A DNA stretch of 55,559 nucleotides from Chloroflexota bacterium (GTDB taxonomy: Bacteria; Chloroflexota; Anaerolineae; J102): assembly GCA_013152585.1 (NCBI GenBank), contig JAADGC010000197.1:1-55559 (forward strand), written 5' to 3'. Below, in pieces: positions 37,583 to 46,988 of the stretch; positions within the stretch are counted from its first letter, which is position 1; every line of letters starts with the position of its first letter. The translations under genes and the position numbers were made by a program. Under the pieces are notes generated by a model that was given only the letters and a program-made list of their open reading frames with translations, was not told the origin of the DNA and did not search any database.

Positions 37583-38917
37583 TTACGCCTGATCGGAGGG
37601 GGAGGAAGCCGAGAGGTCGGCGATAACGAAAGAGGCCACTTGACGACCCATTTCGACGGCGTAGTTGGTACCCCGATCCCAGGGGTAAATCTGGCTCATG
37701 CTGGCGAAGTAGAGGCCCGGCAGGGGGGTGCGCACAGGGGGAATGTTGTGCGAGTGGTTGAGGTGAGGGACGGGTTGGGCGTAGCGGGTTGTCCACAGCC
37801 AGCTATCGTTCAGCCAAGAGGCGTCGAAGTCGGGGTTGAAGCGCTGTAACGCCGGCAAAAAACGCTGGATGATCTGTTCTTTGCTGAGCTCGAAGTATTC
37901 GTGGTCGGGGGGCAGGTAGTCGCCGCAGTAGACGATGTGCTCGCCGCCATAGTGCTCGGGGCCGATGTAGTTGGTGTGCTCGACCAATGCCAGGAAGGGA
38001 AAGCCAGCTTCTTTGGGCAGGTTGTGCCAGTAGTAGGATGTGAGCCGGTGTTTGAGGCTGAGGACGAGGACAACGGCCCCCATGGACTGTAGGTTTTGCA
38101 GTTGCTGGGTGTAGCTGGAAGGAAGATCGGGGCTGAGGGCGGCCATGGCCGCGGGGGAGGTAGTGGAGATGACGGCATCACAGGGGAAGACGTCATCGGC
38201 TGTGTGGATGAGCCAGGGAGCGGAGCTGCCGGAGGAACGATGGATAGCAGTGACAGGGGTATTGAGGCGGATGTCGACGCTCTGCTGGCGCAGATGCTGG
38301 GCGAGTTGATCGAGGAAGGCCTGGAATCCCCCGGCGAAGGTGCCGAGGCGGGTGGTGCGGGATTTGAGCCGGGCCCAAAGCCAGGCCATGTTGACGACAT
38401 CGAGGTTTTCTTCGCCGAATTTACCCACTAGAAGTGGGCGCCAAAGCGCGTTATAAACGCGCTCCCCCACCCATTTTCGCATCCAGGCATCCGCCGTGAC
38501 GCCCTCGAGAGGGCGCCACCAGGGGGTGAGCCGTAGATAAGCACCGACAGCGCCAAAGCGCAGCGTGTCGAGAATCGGGAAATTTCTGAGTGTAAATTTG
38601 ATGGCCTGAGGAATGGAGTCGAGCGGCTGGAAGCGCCCATTTTGATACACCACGGTGTAGGGGCGGGGAAAGCGCACTTGCTGACTCCATCCCAGTTCGG
38701 AGATGAGGCCCAGGATGTGTTTATCAGACTGAAACCAGTGGTGGTAGTATTTTTCCAGTGTCCAATCCCAGTTCGGGGCTTTGAATCCGGCTGCGAGGCC
38801 ACCCACCTGGGAGGCTGCCTCGAAGATGGTGACGCGAGTGCCTGATTGGCTGAGATCGTAGGCAGCGGACAGTCCGGCCACGCCGGCACCGATGATGGCG
38901 ATATGTTTTGGAGGCAT
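37583..38917 (-). CDS. FAD-dependent oxidoreductase (amine oxidase/protoporphyrinogen oxidase-like family)
   Basis: IIGAGVAGLSAA, EA....GGLA, YYHHWF, YAQP, YPWDRG. Confidence 0.85.
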   Translation of the reverse strand: MPPKHIAIIGAGVAGLSAAYDLSQSGTRVTIFEAASQVGGLAAGFKAPNWDWTLEKYYHHWFQSDKHILGLISELGWSQQVRFPRPYTVVYQNGRFQPLDSIPQAIKFTLRNFPILDTLRFGAVGAYLRLTPWWRPLEGVTADAWMRKWVGERVYNALWRPLLVGKFGEENLDVVNMAWLWARLKSRTTRLGTFAGGFQAFLDQLAQHLRQQSVDIRLNTPVTAIHRSSGSSAPWLIHTADDVFPCDAVISTTSPAAMAALSPDLPSSYTQQLQNLQSMGAVVLVLSLKHRLTSYYWHNLPKEAGFPFLALVEHTNYIGPEHYGGEHIVYCGDYLPPDHEYFELSKEQIIQRFLPALQRFNPDFDASWLNDSWLWTTRYAQPVPHLNHSHNIPPVRTPLPGLYFASMSQIYPWDRGTNYAVEMGRQVASFVIADLSASSPSDQA

Positions 38918-38920
38918 GGG

Positions 38921-39313
38921 TTAGATGTAGAATTCTTCGTCTGCGAGTTCGTCTTCGGGGTGACTCTCGATGATGATCTCGCTTTCATCAGGAGGACCAT
39001 TGCCATCAAGGTAGTTTTGGATATCGGCCTGCGCGTGGGCATACAACTGCAAAAGATCCGTTTCATCTCCCTTGAACTGGGTGATGCTTTGCATGGCGCA
39101 GGCTTCGCAGCCGCGCATGAATTTGTAGCTGCCGCTGTAGCATTTGAGACAGCTATTAATTCGGATCATGAGCAGGCAGAAGGCCAGGGTATCGAGATCG
39201 ATTTCCGATAGTTTGGATACTCGGTCCACCAGATCAGCCCACCCTTGTTCGCGCAGGTTGCGCAGGCTGGAGATGAGGGATGGCGGGAAGAGAATTTCGG
39301 CTTTTGGGTACAT
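38921..39313 (-). CDS. Hypothetical protein with two CxxC motifs and an acidic tail
   Basis: CLKC-x10-CEAC; ends 3 nt before the oxidoreductase start. Confidence 0.75.
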   Translation of the reverse strand: MYPKAEILFPPSLISSLRNLREQGWADLVDRVSKLSEIDLDTLAFCLLMIRINSCLKCYSGSYKFMRGCEACAMQSITQFKGDETDLLQLYAHAQADIQNYLDGNGPPDESEIIIESHPEDELADEEFYI

Positions 39314-39421
39314 AGCGTAGAGAGGTTACGGAAGGAAATGGCCCAGGGAATGCCCGAGCCATTAGCGAGAAGGTGACAGGTGATAGCTGAGGAGTGATAC
39401 GTATCACGTCACCACTATAGT

Positions 39422-40111
39422 TTACTCGATGATGAAGCTTTGTTCGGTGTGGAGCAACACACAATTGGCGTCGGTTTCCTGATTACAGCGGGCCTGGAAG
39501 TCTTCGGCGTTGACGTCGATATAGGGCCAGGTGCCATAGTGGCAGGGAATGACGGTTTTGGGAGTGATGAGCTTGACTGCTTTGAGAGCGTCGTCGGGGC
39601 CCATGGTGAAGTTGTCGCCAATGGGAAGCAGGGCGACATCGACATGATCGTCGGCCAGCCATTTCATGTCGTAGGTGAGGGCGGTATCGCCGGCATAGTA
39701 AAGGGTTTTACCGCTGTTGAGTTGCAGCAGGAAGCCGCCGGGATTGCCGCCATAGCTGCCATCGGGCAAGCCGGAGCCATGGTGGGCAATGGTCATTTTG
39801 CAACGACCAAAGGGGAATTGGTTGCCACCGCCGAGGTGCAAGGGATGCAGGTTTTGCAGGCCTTTCTTCTGCAACCATCCCACGATCTCAAAATTGCAGA
39901 TGACCAGGGCGCCGGTGCGTTTGGCAATGGAGATGGTATCGCCGATATGGTCGCCATGACCATGGGAAACGAGGATGAAGTCGGCCGAGACATCCTGTTC
40001 GGTGATTTTTGCAGCCGGGTTGTCCGTAAAAAAAGGATCGATCAGGATGCGCATGCCATCGCTTACAATGGAAAAAGCAGAATGGCCATGATAGATGATT
40101 TGGACAGACAT
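39422..40111 (-). CDS. Metal-dependent hydrolase, metallo-beta-lactamase fold (UPF0173)
   Basis: GHS, IDPF, SHGHGDH, YAGDT, LPIGDNFTMG, IPCHY. Confidence 0.92.
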   Translation of the reverse strand: MSVQIIYHGHSAFSIVSDGMRILIDPFFTDNPAAKITEQDVSADFILVSHGHGDHIGDTISIAKRTGALVICNFEIVGWLQKKGLQNLHPLHLGGGNQFPFGRCKMTIAHHGSGLPDGSYGGNPGGFLLQLNSGKTLYYAGDTALTYDMKWLADDHVDVALLPIGDNFTMGPDDALKAVKLITPKTVIPCHYGTWPYIDVNAEDFQARCNQETDANCVLLHTEQSFIIE

Positions 40112-40246
40112 GATCTTGCTCCTGAAAAGTAAAAGGGACCAAAGGCAAAGAGCCGCGCTATCGTCATCCAGCGACAGCCCGGCTTTGTAAATGCTTGGGG
40201 GCGCTATGTTGGCATCATAGCACCAAAACAGGTGCAGACGATGGAA

Positions 40247-40900
40247 TTATACTTTGCCCTGTGCCTTGCCAGCCGGACCGGCTTTGCCAGCCCTGGTCTT
40301 TTTACCGCGTGCTGCTTTTTTGGCAGCCTTGGCGGCTCGAGCGATTTCTTCGGCTGCCCAGGCCTGGGGATAAAGGGACGCGTAGTAGCTGGTAGGAACG
40401 CTGAGCTCGTCTTTGTCGAGGATGAGGGTTGGATAACGATCGTAGATGGCCAGCTCGTAATCGTGATTCATCTTGATGGCGTCGAAGGGGCAGTATTCGG
40501 CGCAGAAACCACAACTCATGCAGATGCTGGCGTCGATGTAGAATTCTGCGGGGCGAGTGATGGGTTTGCCCTGCTCGTTCATATCGCGCACAATCCAGAT
40601 GCACTGCGGCGGACACACTTTGGCGCAAATACCGCAGGCGGTGCAGCGATCTTTGCCGGTGTCTTCTTCGTACACGAGCATGGGGAGGTAGCGGAAGTGT
40701 TCGGGCAATTCCCGTTTTTCTTCCGGGTACTGAATGGTGAAGAGGCCTTTGCTATCGGCCGGTTGGCGCAGAAGTTTGCCCTGCGGGGTACCGATGGCGT
40801 TGGTGTAGCGTGAGGGCACGCGTGCCAGGTCATCGATGAAGGTTTCTGCGAAGTGACGCAGTGTAATGCCTAAGCCTTTGATTATACCAGTGCCAAACAT
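40247..40900 (-). CDS. nuoI: NADH-quinone oxidoreductase subunit I
   Basis: TIQYPEE; two ferredoxin motifs CTACGICAKVCP and CMSCGFCAEYCP. Confidence 0.92.
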   Translation of the reverse strand: MFGTGIIKGLGITLRHFAETFIDDLARVPSRYTNAIGTPQGKLLRQPADSKGLFTIQYPEEKRELPEHFRYLPMLVYEEDTGKDRCTACGICAKVCPPQCIWIVRDMNEQGKPITRPAEFYIDASICMSCGFCAEYCPFDAIKMNHDYELAIYDRYPTLILDKDELSVPTSYYASLYPQAWAAEEIARAAKAAKKAARGKKTRAGKAGPAGKAQGKV

Positions 40901-40930
40901 GCGCTGTGTTCCTTTGGAGGTGCGGGGGGG

Positions 40931-42682
40931 CTAACGGTCGGTTTCGCCCAGGACGATGTCGATGGCGCCTAGGGTAATGATGGCGTCAGCTATTTTGTAG
41001 CCGACTGCCGAAGGTTCCAGGGTGTTCAGATTGATGTAGGAAGGGGCGCGTACGTGATAGCGCCAGGGGTTGTCAGACCCGTCCGAGACCACGTAGAAGC
41101 CCAATTCACCTTTCGGGCCTTCGACTGCACCGTAGGCTTCACCTTTGGCGACCCGGGTGACGTAGGAGGGTTTGCCGTTCCTCACCGGGCCTTCGGGAAT
41201 CTGATCGAGGGCCTGTTTGAGAATGCGAACGGATTGTCGAATTTCGCCCAGACGCACTTTGTAACGGGCGTAGACATCACACCCATCGTCTGCAACCACA
41301 TCGAAATCAAAACGGTCGTAAATGCCATAAGGTCGGGCGCGGCGTACGTCGTAAGGTACGCCCGAGCCACGGAGGACGGGGCCGGCGGCGCTGAGAGCGA
41401 TAGCGTCTGCGGCAGAGAGATGACCTACGCCCACACAGCGGGCCATGAGGATTTCGTTGCCGGTGAGATAGGCGTCGAGTTCGTCGATCTTTCTATCAAG
41501 ACGCTTGAAGACGATGTCGCGCGCTCTGCGCAGCCAATCTTCATCGACATCGCGTACGACACCCCCAAAACGCATGTAGTTGCACATCATGCGGCTGCCG
41601 GTGGCAGCTTCGAACAAGTCGAGGATGAGCTCGCGTTCTTCGATGGCGTAAAGTGCAGGGGTATAGAAGGCGCCCAAGTCGTTGAGGAAGAATCCGATAG
41701 TCCAGGTGTGATTGGCGATACGCGTGAATTCCGCCATGATCACCCGCAGATACTCCGCTCGCTCGGGAGGCTTGCCCTTGTCACCCATGAGTTTTTCGAC
41801 TGCCAAGACATAGCCAAAGTTATTGGACATGCTGGAAAGGTAGTCGAGACGGTCGGTGTAAGGGATATTGGCCAGCCAGGTGTTGCGCTCACCAATTTTC
41901 TCGTGATTACGATGCAAATAGCCGACTTCGGGTTCCAGTCCGACCACCGTCTCTCCATCCAGGGCCACAATCATGCGGAAGACACCGTGGGTGGAGGGAT
42001 GCTGTGGCCCCATGTTGACCACGATGCGCTCTGTTTTTATATAATTGGACCCTTCGGGAGGCTCGTGAATGATCGGTAGTGGGGTGGGGGGGCGTTCGAA
42101 GGCATCGGGATCGAAGCCTTGGGGATAGCTGATGTTGTCGCCCCAGGGCACCCGATCTTCGGCCCATTGAAAATGGCCTACCGGCCAGCGGCTTTTGTAA
42201 GGTTTGTGCTCGGCTTCGTGATAAGCTTCTTTCCAGTCTTTACGCATGGGATGGCCGTTGAAGCCTTCCCAGAGGATGATGCGGCGTAGTCGGGGATGAC
42301 CATTGAAGCGAATCCCGTACAGATCGTACGCTTCCCGTTCCTGCAAGTCGGCGCCAGGATACACTTTGATCAGGCTATCGACTTCGGGTTTGGCCTCGGG
42401 CAGCCGTACTTTGAGCACGATGCCGTCGCCGCCTTTTTGGGTATCGAAGAGGTGATAAACCAGTTCGAAGCGGTCTGCTTCCGAGCGGTCTTTGAAGCCC
42501 AGATAATCTACAGCCGTCAGCGAGGACAGGTAGTCAAAGCCTTCGTTATTTCGCAGGTAAAGGGCCAATTCGACGAGTTTGTCCGCATTGACCACGATTC
42601 CCCACTCGTCTGCGGCTGCAACGGCGCCGGGGACGGCATCGGCGTAGGGCAGACTGGTTGTCGTAACCGTCGTATCTATCAT
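40931..42682 (-). CDS. nuoCD: NADH-quinone oxidoreductase fused subunit C/D
   Basis: NuoC: [21 protein letters not shown]; NuoD: [39 protein letters not shown]. Confidence 0.95.
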   Translation of the reverse strand: MIDTTVTTTSLPYADAVPGAVAAADEWGIVVNADKLVELALYLRNNEGFDYLSSLTAVDYLGFKDRSEADRFELVYHLFDTQKGGDGIVLKVRLPEAKPEVDSLIKVYPGADLQEREAYDLYGIRFNGHPRLRRIILWEGFNGHPMRKDWKEAYHEAEHKPYKSRWPVGHFQWAEDRVPWGDNISYPQGFDPDAFERPPTPLPIIHEPPEGSNYIKTERIVVNMGPQHPSTHGVFRMIVALDGETVVGLEPEVGYLHRNHEKIGERNTWLANIPYTDRLDYLSSMSNNFGYVLAVEKLMGDKGKPPERAEYLRVIMAEFTRIANHTWTIGFFLNDLGAFYTPALYAIEERELILDLFEAATGSRMMCNYMRFGGVVRDVDEDWLRRARDIVFKRLDRKIDELDAYLTGNEILMARCVGVGHLSAADAIALSAAGPVLRGSGVPYDVRRARPYGIYDRFDFDVVADDGCDVYARYKVRLGEIRQSVRILKQALDQIPEGPVRNGKPSYVTRVAKGEAYGAVEGPKGELGFYVVSDGSDNPWRYHVRAPSYINLNTLEPSAVGYKIADAIITLGAIDIVLGETDR

Positions 42683-43302
42683 GACTCAATCTCCTCGCTT
42701 GTTTCCGGGCGCATGGTGAGCTTCCGGATTTCGGCGGTACGATCGGGACGGAAGATGTCGGGGCCTAGCTCGGGAATGGTGATGCCACGCGGAGTCTCTT
42801 TGCGATACCAGGGCACCGAGCGGATAGTTTGTTTTTGCACTTTCTCATGCAGCTTGAGAATGCCATAAAGCAGGGCTTCGGGGATGGGGGGGCATCCGGG
42901 CACGTAGACGTCAACAGGAATGTATTTGTCGATGCCTGATACGACGTTGTAGCCTTCTTTGAAAGGCCCTCCCCCCGTGGCACAGGCGCCCATACTCAGC
43001 ACGTAGCGGGGTTCAGCCATCTGGTTGTACAACCGTACGATGATAGGAGCCATCTTCTTGGTGACTGTGCCCGAGACGATCATGAGGTCAGCCTGTCGCG
43101 GTGAGGGCCGCATGACTTCCATACCAAAACGGGACAGGTCATAACGTCCTGCTGCGGTACAGATCATCTCAATCGCACAGCAGGCCAGACCAAAAAACAT
43201 TGGCCACATACTATTCTTACGACTCCAGTTATACAGAAAATCGACGGAAGTCATAAAGACATTCTGTTGGAGTTCTTCCGGTACTTGGTTCTCGTTTGCC
43301 AT
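42679..43302 (-). CDS. nuoB: NADH-quinone oxidoreductase subunit B
   Basis: [27 protein letters not shown]. Confidence 0.96.
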   Translation of the reverse strand: MANENQVPEELQQNVFMTSVDFLYNWSRKNSMWPMFFGLACCAIEMICTAAGRYDLSRFGMEVMRPSPRQADLMIVSGTVTKKMAPIIVRLYNQMAEPRYVLSMGACATGGGPFKEGYNVVSGIDKYIPVDVYVPGCPPIPEALLYGILKLHEKVQKQTIRSVPWYRKETPRGITIPELGPDIFRPDRTAEIRKLTMRPETSEEIES

Positions 43303-43468
43303 ACCCTCATTTCCTTGGTGAAGTTGGTTTTATTTCGCAGGGTGGATGGGCCACTATAAAAATGGTGACGAACCGATGCGGGAGTAACGCGCCCTATGAC
43401 TCAGCTTTCAGCGCCGTTGTCTGGAGAGTAGAGACATAGCGCCAAGATGGCTCGACGCAAGTGAATTG

Positions 43469-43498
43469 ATTATACTCGCGGGCGAAGATACGTGTCAA
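43469..43498 (-). promoter_or_regulatory. sigma70-type promoter of nuoB-CD-I
   Basis: TTGACA-N18-TATAAT on the minus strand. Confidence 0.7.
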
Positions 43499-43580
43499 GT
43501 GAAATAACAAACATATCGGCACTTCCAGGCGGGAGAGTCGTTTCAGACCGGGAAAGAGTAGGCCATGGTGAGGTGACAAG

Positions 43581-43666
43581 CGTCAGCCGCATCCGTGATG
43601 CGGCTGACGCAAAAGGAAAACCCCAACCATCTGTGGACTTACGCCGAGCTGGTCCGGGACGCACCC
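43581..43666 (+). repeat. Palindromic intergenic repeat upstream of ftsK
   Basis: CGTCAGCCGCATC-CGT-GATGCGGCTGACG hairpin plus tail GACGCAAAAGGAAAACCCCAACCATCTGTGGACTTACGCC similar to 46243-46299; ends GGGACGCACCC. Confidence 0.75.
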
Positions 43667-43771
43667 TTCCCTTCGCAGGCCATTGCCGGAATGTTTGCTG
43701 CATGGTATAATGCCGCTACGAACAAATGGGCTATCGCTAATGATGCGCTCTCTCTTCTCCCGAGTTTGGTT

Positions 43772-46195
43772 ATGACAAAACGTTCCCGCACACAGCAGTC
43801 GTCCCGGCGCAAAAAAGCATCCCCCCCCCGTAAGAGCAGCCAATCAGGCAGGAAAAAGCGCACCAGCCGCAAGCGCCGCCGACCATCGCTGCTGTCACGG
43901 TTCATTGGGAGCATCACAGATGGCGCCTTGTGGGGGATCGCACTGGTGATCTTGAGCATTTTCTCGACCCTGACCCTGCTCAGCCCCAACCGGGGTCAGA
44001 TCACGGCCTGGTGGCTGCAACAGTTGAGCCTGACGGTGGGGATTGGGGTGTATGTGGCGCCCGTGGTGCTGTTGGTGGTGGGTCTTTTTCTGTATTTACG
44101 CAGCAATCAACGCGCCAAATCGTTTACACCCATGCGCCTGATGGGCTTTCTGTTGCTGTGGCTTGTTTTCCAGGCAACGGTGCATCTGCTGGCGACAGCT
44201 ATCGATCCGTTAGGGCGGACATTGCCCGGCGATTATGGGGGCTGGGTGGGCTGGGTAAGCAGCCAGTTCCTGGTGGAGCTGTTGGGCCCCACCCTGGCCC
44301 TGGGCGCTTTGCTGCTCATCGCCACGGTCGGACTCATATTATTATTGGGCATGCAGTTGAATGATCTAACTGCTCTGGTGCTGCTGTTGGTGACGGGAAT
44401 CGCCGTGTTTTTGGCGGCGCTGCCCCATCGTCTGCAGGAGCGTCGTTCCGGCGTCATCCGGGTGAAGCCCTCGGTGGGGGAACGGATCAAGGCCTGGTTG
44501 AGCGAACGCCGGCAACGCCAGGCAGCAACTCCGCCCGGCATCGGCATCGACGGCCCGGTCTCAACCCTGCCCGCCGATAAAACCCGGGGCCTGGCCGCGG
44601 CTGCCACCGAAGCCCCTGCCCCCACCATCCGCATCATCGGTGGGGAAGAAACCACCTGGCGCCTACCCGAAGTGGCCAATATCCTGGATGATTTGGGCAA
44701 TGTGGATATCACAGAAGAAGATCTGGCCGAGCGCGCCAAGATCATCGAAGACACCCTGCACGCCTTCAATGTGCCCGTGACCGTGGTCGAAGTCAACAAA
44801 GGTCCGGTGGTGACACAGTTTGGGCTCAAACCCGGTTACATCACCCGCAAGGTGCGCGGGGAAGAAAAACGCATGAAGATCAGCGTGAGAAAGATCCAGG
44901 CTTTGGCCAACGATCTGTCGCTGGCTTTATCAGCCTCGCCCATCCGTATCGAAGCGCCAGTGCCCGGCCGCGATATTGTGGGCCTGGAGGTGCCCAACCA
45001 AAATGTGGCCATCGTTTCGCTACGCTCGATTTTGGAATCAGAAGAATTTCGCACCCTGCAGGCACCTTTGCGTATCGCCCTTGGGCAGGATGTATCGGGC
45101 ACGGCCGTAGCGGCCAGCCTGGCGCGTATGCCGCATTTGCTCATTGCCGGCGCCACCGGTTCGGGCAAATCGGTGTGTGTCAACTCTGTGATTTGCTCGC
45201 TGCTGTTTCAGTACACCCCGGACGAACTACGCATTGTGCTTGTGGATCCCAAACGTGTGGAACTGACGGGCTACAATAATATCCCGCATCTAGTGGCTCC
45301 AGTGGTGACGGAAATCGATAAGGTGGTGGGCGTTTTGCACTGGGCCACCAAAGAGATGGATAACCGCTATCGTGTTTTATCCAAAGCCGGGGCGCGCAAT
45401 ATCGAGGCTTATAATCTGCGCCGATCCAGCGAGGGCAAGCGGCTCATCCCTTATATTGTCATCATCGTGGACGAATTGGCCGACATCATGATGACGTCGC
45501 CAGACGAGGTGGAGAAGTCGTTGGTGCGTCTGGCGCAGATGGCGCGAGCCACGGGCATCCATATTGTCATTGCCACTCAACGACCCTCGGTCAACGTGGT
45601 GACCGGTCTCATCAAAGCCAACTTCCCTTCTCGCATCGCTTTCAGCGTCACCAGCCAGATCGATTCCCGCGTGATTCTCGATTCCCCTGGCGCCGAACGC
45701 CTGTTGGGCCGCGGTGACATGTTGTTTATGCGCCCCGACTCGGCCAAACTGGCCCGCCTACAAGGCGCCTTTGTCTCCGACGCCGAGGTCAATCGCCTGA
45801 CACGTTACTGGCGGGGCCTGGGCGGCGTCCAGGCTGAACGCACTGCCAGCAGCGCCGAAACCGCGGGCCTGCTACTCGAAGAATCGCCAACGCCGGCGGT
45901 GCAACGCCCCTTGTGGGACGAGATCATCGCCGAAGTCGAAGATGAAGTGGCCAAAGATGTCCTTTATAACGAAGCCATAAAAGTCGTACAGGAATCTGGC
46001 CGGGCCAGCACCAGCCTATTACAGCGGCGCTTGCGTGTGGGATACACCCGAGCCGCCCGCCTCATCGATTTCATGGAGGAGGATGGGATCATCGGCCCCG
46101 ACAGAGGCGGCACCCGCGGGCGCGAAGTACTGGCCAGCGAAGAAGCTGTGGCCAGCGCTGACGAGGAACCCGCCTCCGACATCCCCTTTGATTAA
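43772..46195 (+). CDS. ftsK: DNA translocase FtsK/SpoIIIE
   Basis: N-terminal TM helices, MPHLLIAGATGSGKS, DPKRVEL, VDELAD, ATQRPS, LLGRGDML, gamma domain STSLLQRRLRVGYTRAARLID; start at ATG 43772. Confidence 0.96.
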   Translation: MTKRSRTQQSSRRKKASPPRKSSQSGRKKRTSRKRRRPSLLSRFIGSITDGALWGIALVILSIFSTLTLLSPNRGQITAWWLQQLSLTVGIGVYVAPVVLLVVGLFLYLRSNQRAKSFTPMRLMGFLLLWLVFQATVHLLATAIDPLGRTLPGDYGGWVGWVSSQFLVELLGPTLALGALLLIATVGLILLLGMQLNDLTALVLLLVTGIAVFLAALPHRLQERRSGVIRVKPSVGERIKAWLSERRQRQAATPPGIGIDGPVSTLPADKTRGLAAAATEAPAPTIRIIGGEETTWRLPEVANILDDLGNVDITEEDLAERAKIIEDTLHAFNVPVTVVEVNKGPVVTQFGLKPGYITRKVRGEEKRMKISVRKIQALANDLSLALSASPIRIEAPVPGRDIVGLEVPNQNVAIVSLRSILESEEFRTLQAPLRIALGQDVSGTAVAASLARMPHLLIAGATGSGKSVCVNSVICSLLFQYTPDELRIVLVDPKRVELTGYNNIPHLVAPVVTEIDKVVGVLHWATKEMDNRYRVLSKAGARNIEAYNLRRSSEGKRLIPYIVIIVDELADIMMTSPDEVEKSLVRLAQMARATGIHIVIATQRPSVNVVTGLIKANFPSRIAFSVTSQIDSRVILDSPGAERLLGRGDMLFMRPDSAKLARLQGAFVSDAEVNRLTRYWRGLGGVQAERTASSAETAGLLLEESPTPAVQRPLWDEIIAEVEDEVAKDVLYNEAIKVVQESGRASTSLLQRRLRVGYTRAARLIDFMEEDGIIGPDRGGTRGREVLASEEAVASADEEPASDIPFD

Positions 46196-46220
46196 CGGCC
46201 TCCGTCCCCTGCCTCCCATC

Positions 46221-46299
46221 GGGTTAGGCGGCAAAAACCGGCGCATCACGGATGCGTCCGACGCAGAAGGAAAATCCCAATCATCCATGGACTTACGCC
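46221..46299 (+). repeat. Palindromic intergenic repeat downstream of ftsK
   Basis: GCATCACGGATGC hairpin plus tail similar to 43589-43645; 5' part matches the reverse complement of 34294-34330. Confidence 0.75.
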
Positions 46300-46387
46300 C
46301 TCGTGCACTCGCTGCTCTCATGGGGCGGCGCCACTGGCATAATGGACACACCCCCCGCGTTTCACTCTTGCAGGAGCTGCATCGATA

Positions 46388-46897
46388 ATGAACCCAGCAT
46401 TGACCCCCAAGCGTGCCTGTGAGTCGTATGTCGAGATGACCCAACTGGTGCTGCCTTCGCACACCAATCCCCTGGGCACCGCCTTTGGGGGTCAGATCAT
46501 GGCCTGGATCGACATCTGCGCCGGCATCGCCGCCCAGCGCCATGCCCGTCAGATTACCGTGACAGCCAGCATGGATGATCTGCATTTTCGCTCCCCCATC
46601 CATGCCGGTGAGGTGGTGATCTTAAAGGCGCAGGTGAATCGGGCATTTCATACCAGCATGGAGATCGGCGTGCGCGTCGAAGCCGAAAACCCCCTCACCG
46701 GCGAGCGCAGGCATTGTTCCAGTGCGTATCTCACCTTTGTGGCAATCGATGAACAAGGGCAGCGGGTGGCAATCCCGCCCCTCGTCCCCGGCAACGAGGA
46801 AGAACAACGGCGCTACGAGGAAGCCGACAAGCGACGGCAGTTCCGTCTGGAGCGCCGCAATCTAAAACGCAATGTCGTTACCCGGCGGGTAGAGTAG
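46388..46897 (+). CDS. Acyl-CoA thioesterase (hotdog fold, YciA-like)
   Basis: P.HTN..GTAFGG.IMAWID, VTAS.D...F..P, SMEIGV.V, FVAID. Confidence 0.92.
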   Translation: MNPALTPKRACESYVEMTQLVLPSHTNPLGTAFGGQIMAWIDICAGIAAQRHARQITVTASMDDLHFRSPIHAGEVVILKAQVNRAFHTSMEIGVRVEAENPLTGERRHCSSAYLTFVAIDEQGQRVAIPPLVPGNEEEQRRYEEADKRRQFRLERRNLKRNVVTRRVE

Positions 46898-46931
46898 GGG
46901 CGAATCCGAGATTCGTCCCCCCCCCCAGCGT

Positions 46932-46962
46932 AAAAATAACCCCCCGGTTTTGGCCGGGGGGT
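46932..46962 (-). terminator. Rho-independent terminator between convergent genes
   Basis: ACCCCCCGG-loop-CCGGGGGGT stem with TATTTTT tail on the minus strand. Confidence 0.7.
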
Positions 46963-46988
46963 CTGTGTTAGAGAGGAGGGTTATGGTA

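Noticed and set aside
40931-43302. nuoB/nuoCD as a group 4 NiFe hydrogenase
   Set aside because: The large subunit lacks the N- and C-terminal CxxC Ni-binding motifs and has NuoD-type HPSTHG, DRLDY and GETDR sequences.
43595-43771. Extended N-terminus of FtsK
   Set aside because: It reads through a repeat element and a TGGTATAAT promoter box (43703-43711); ATG 43772 is preferred.
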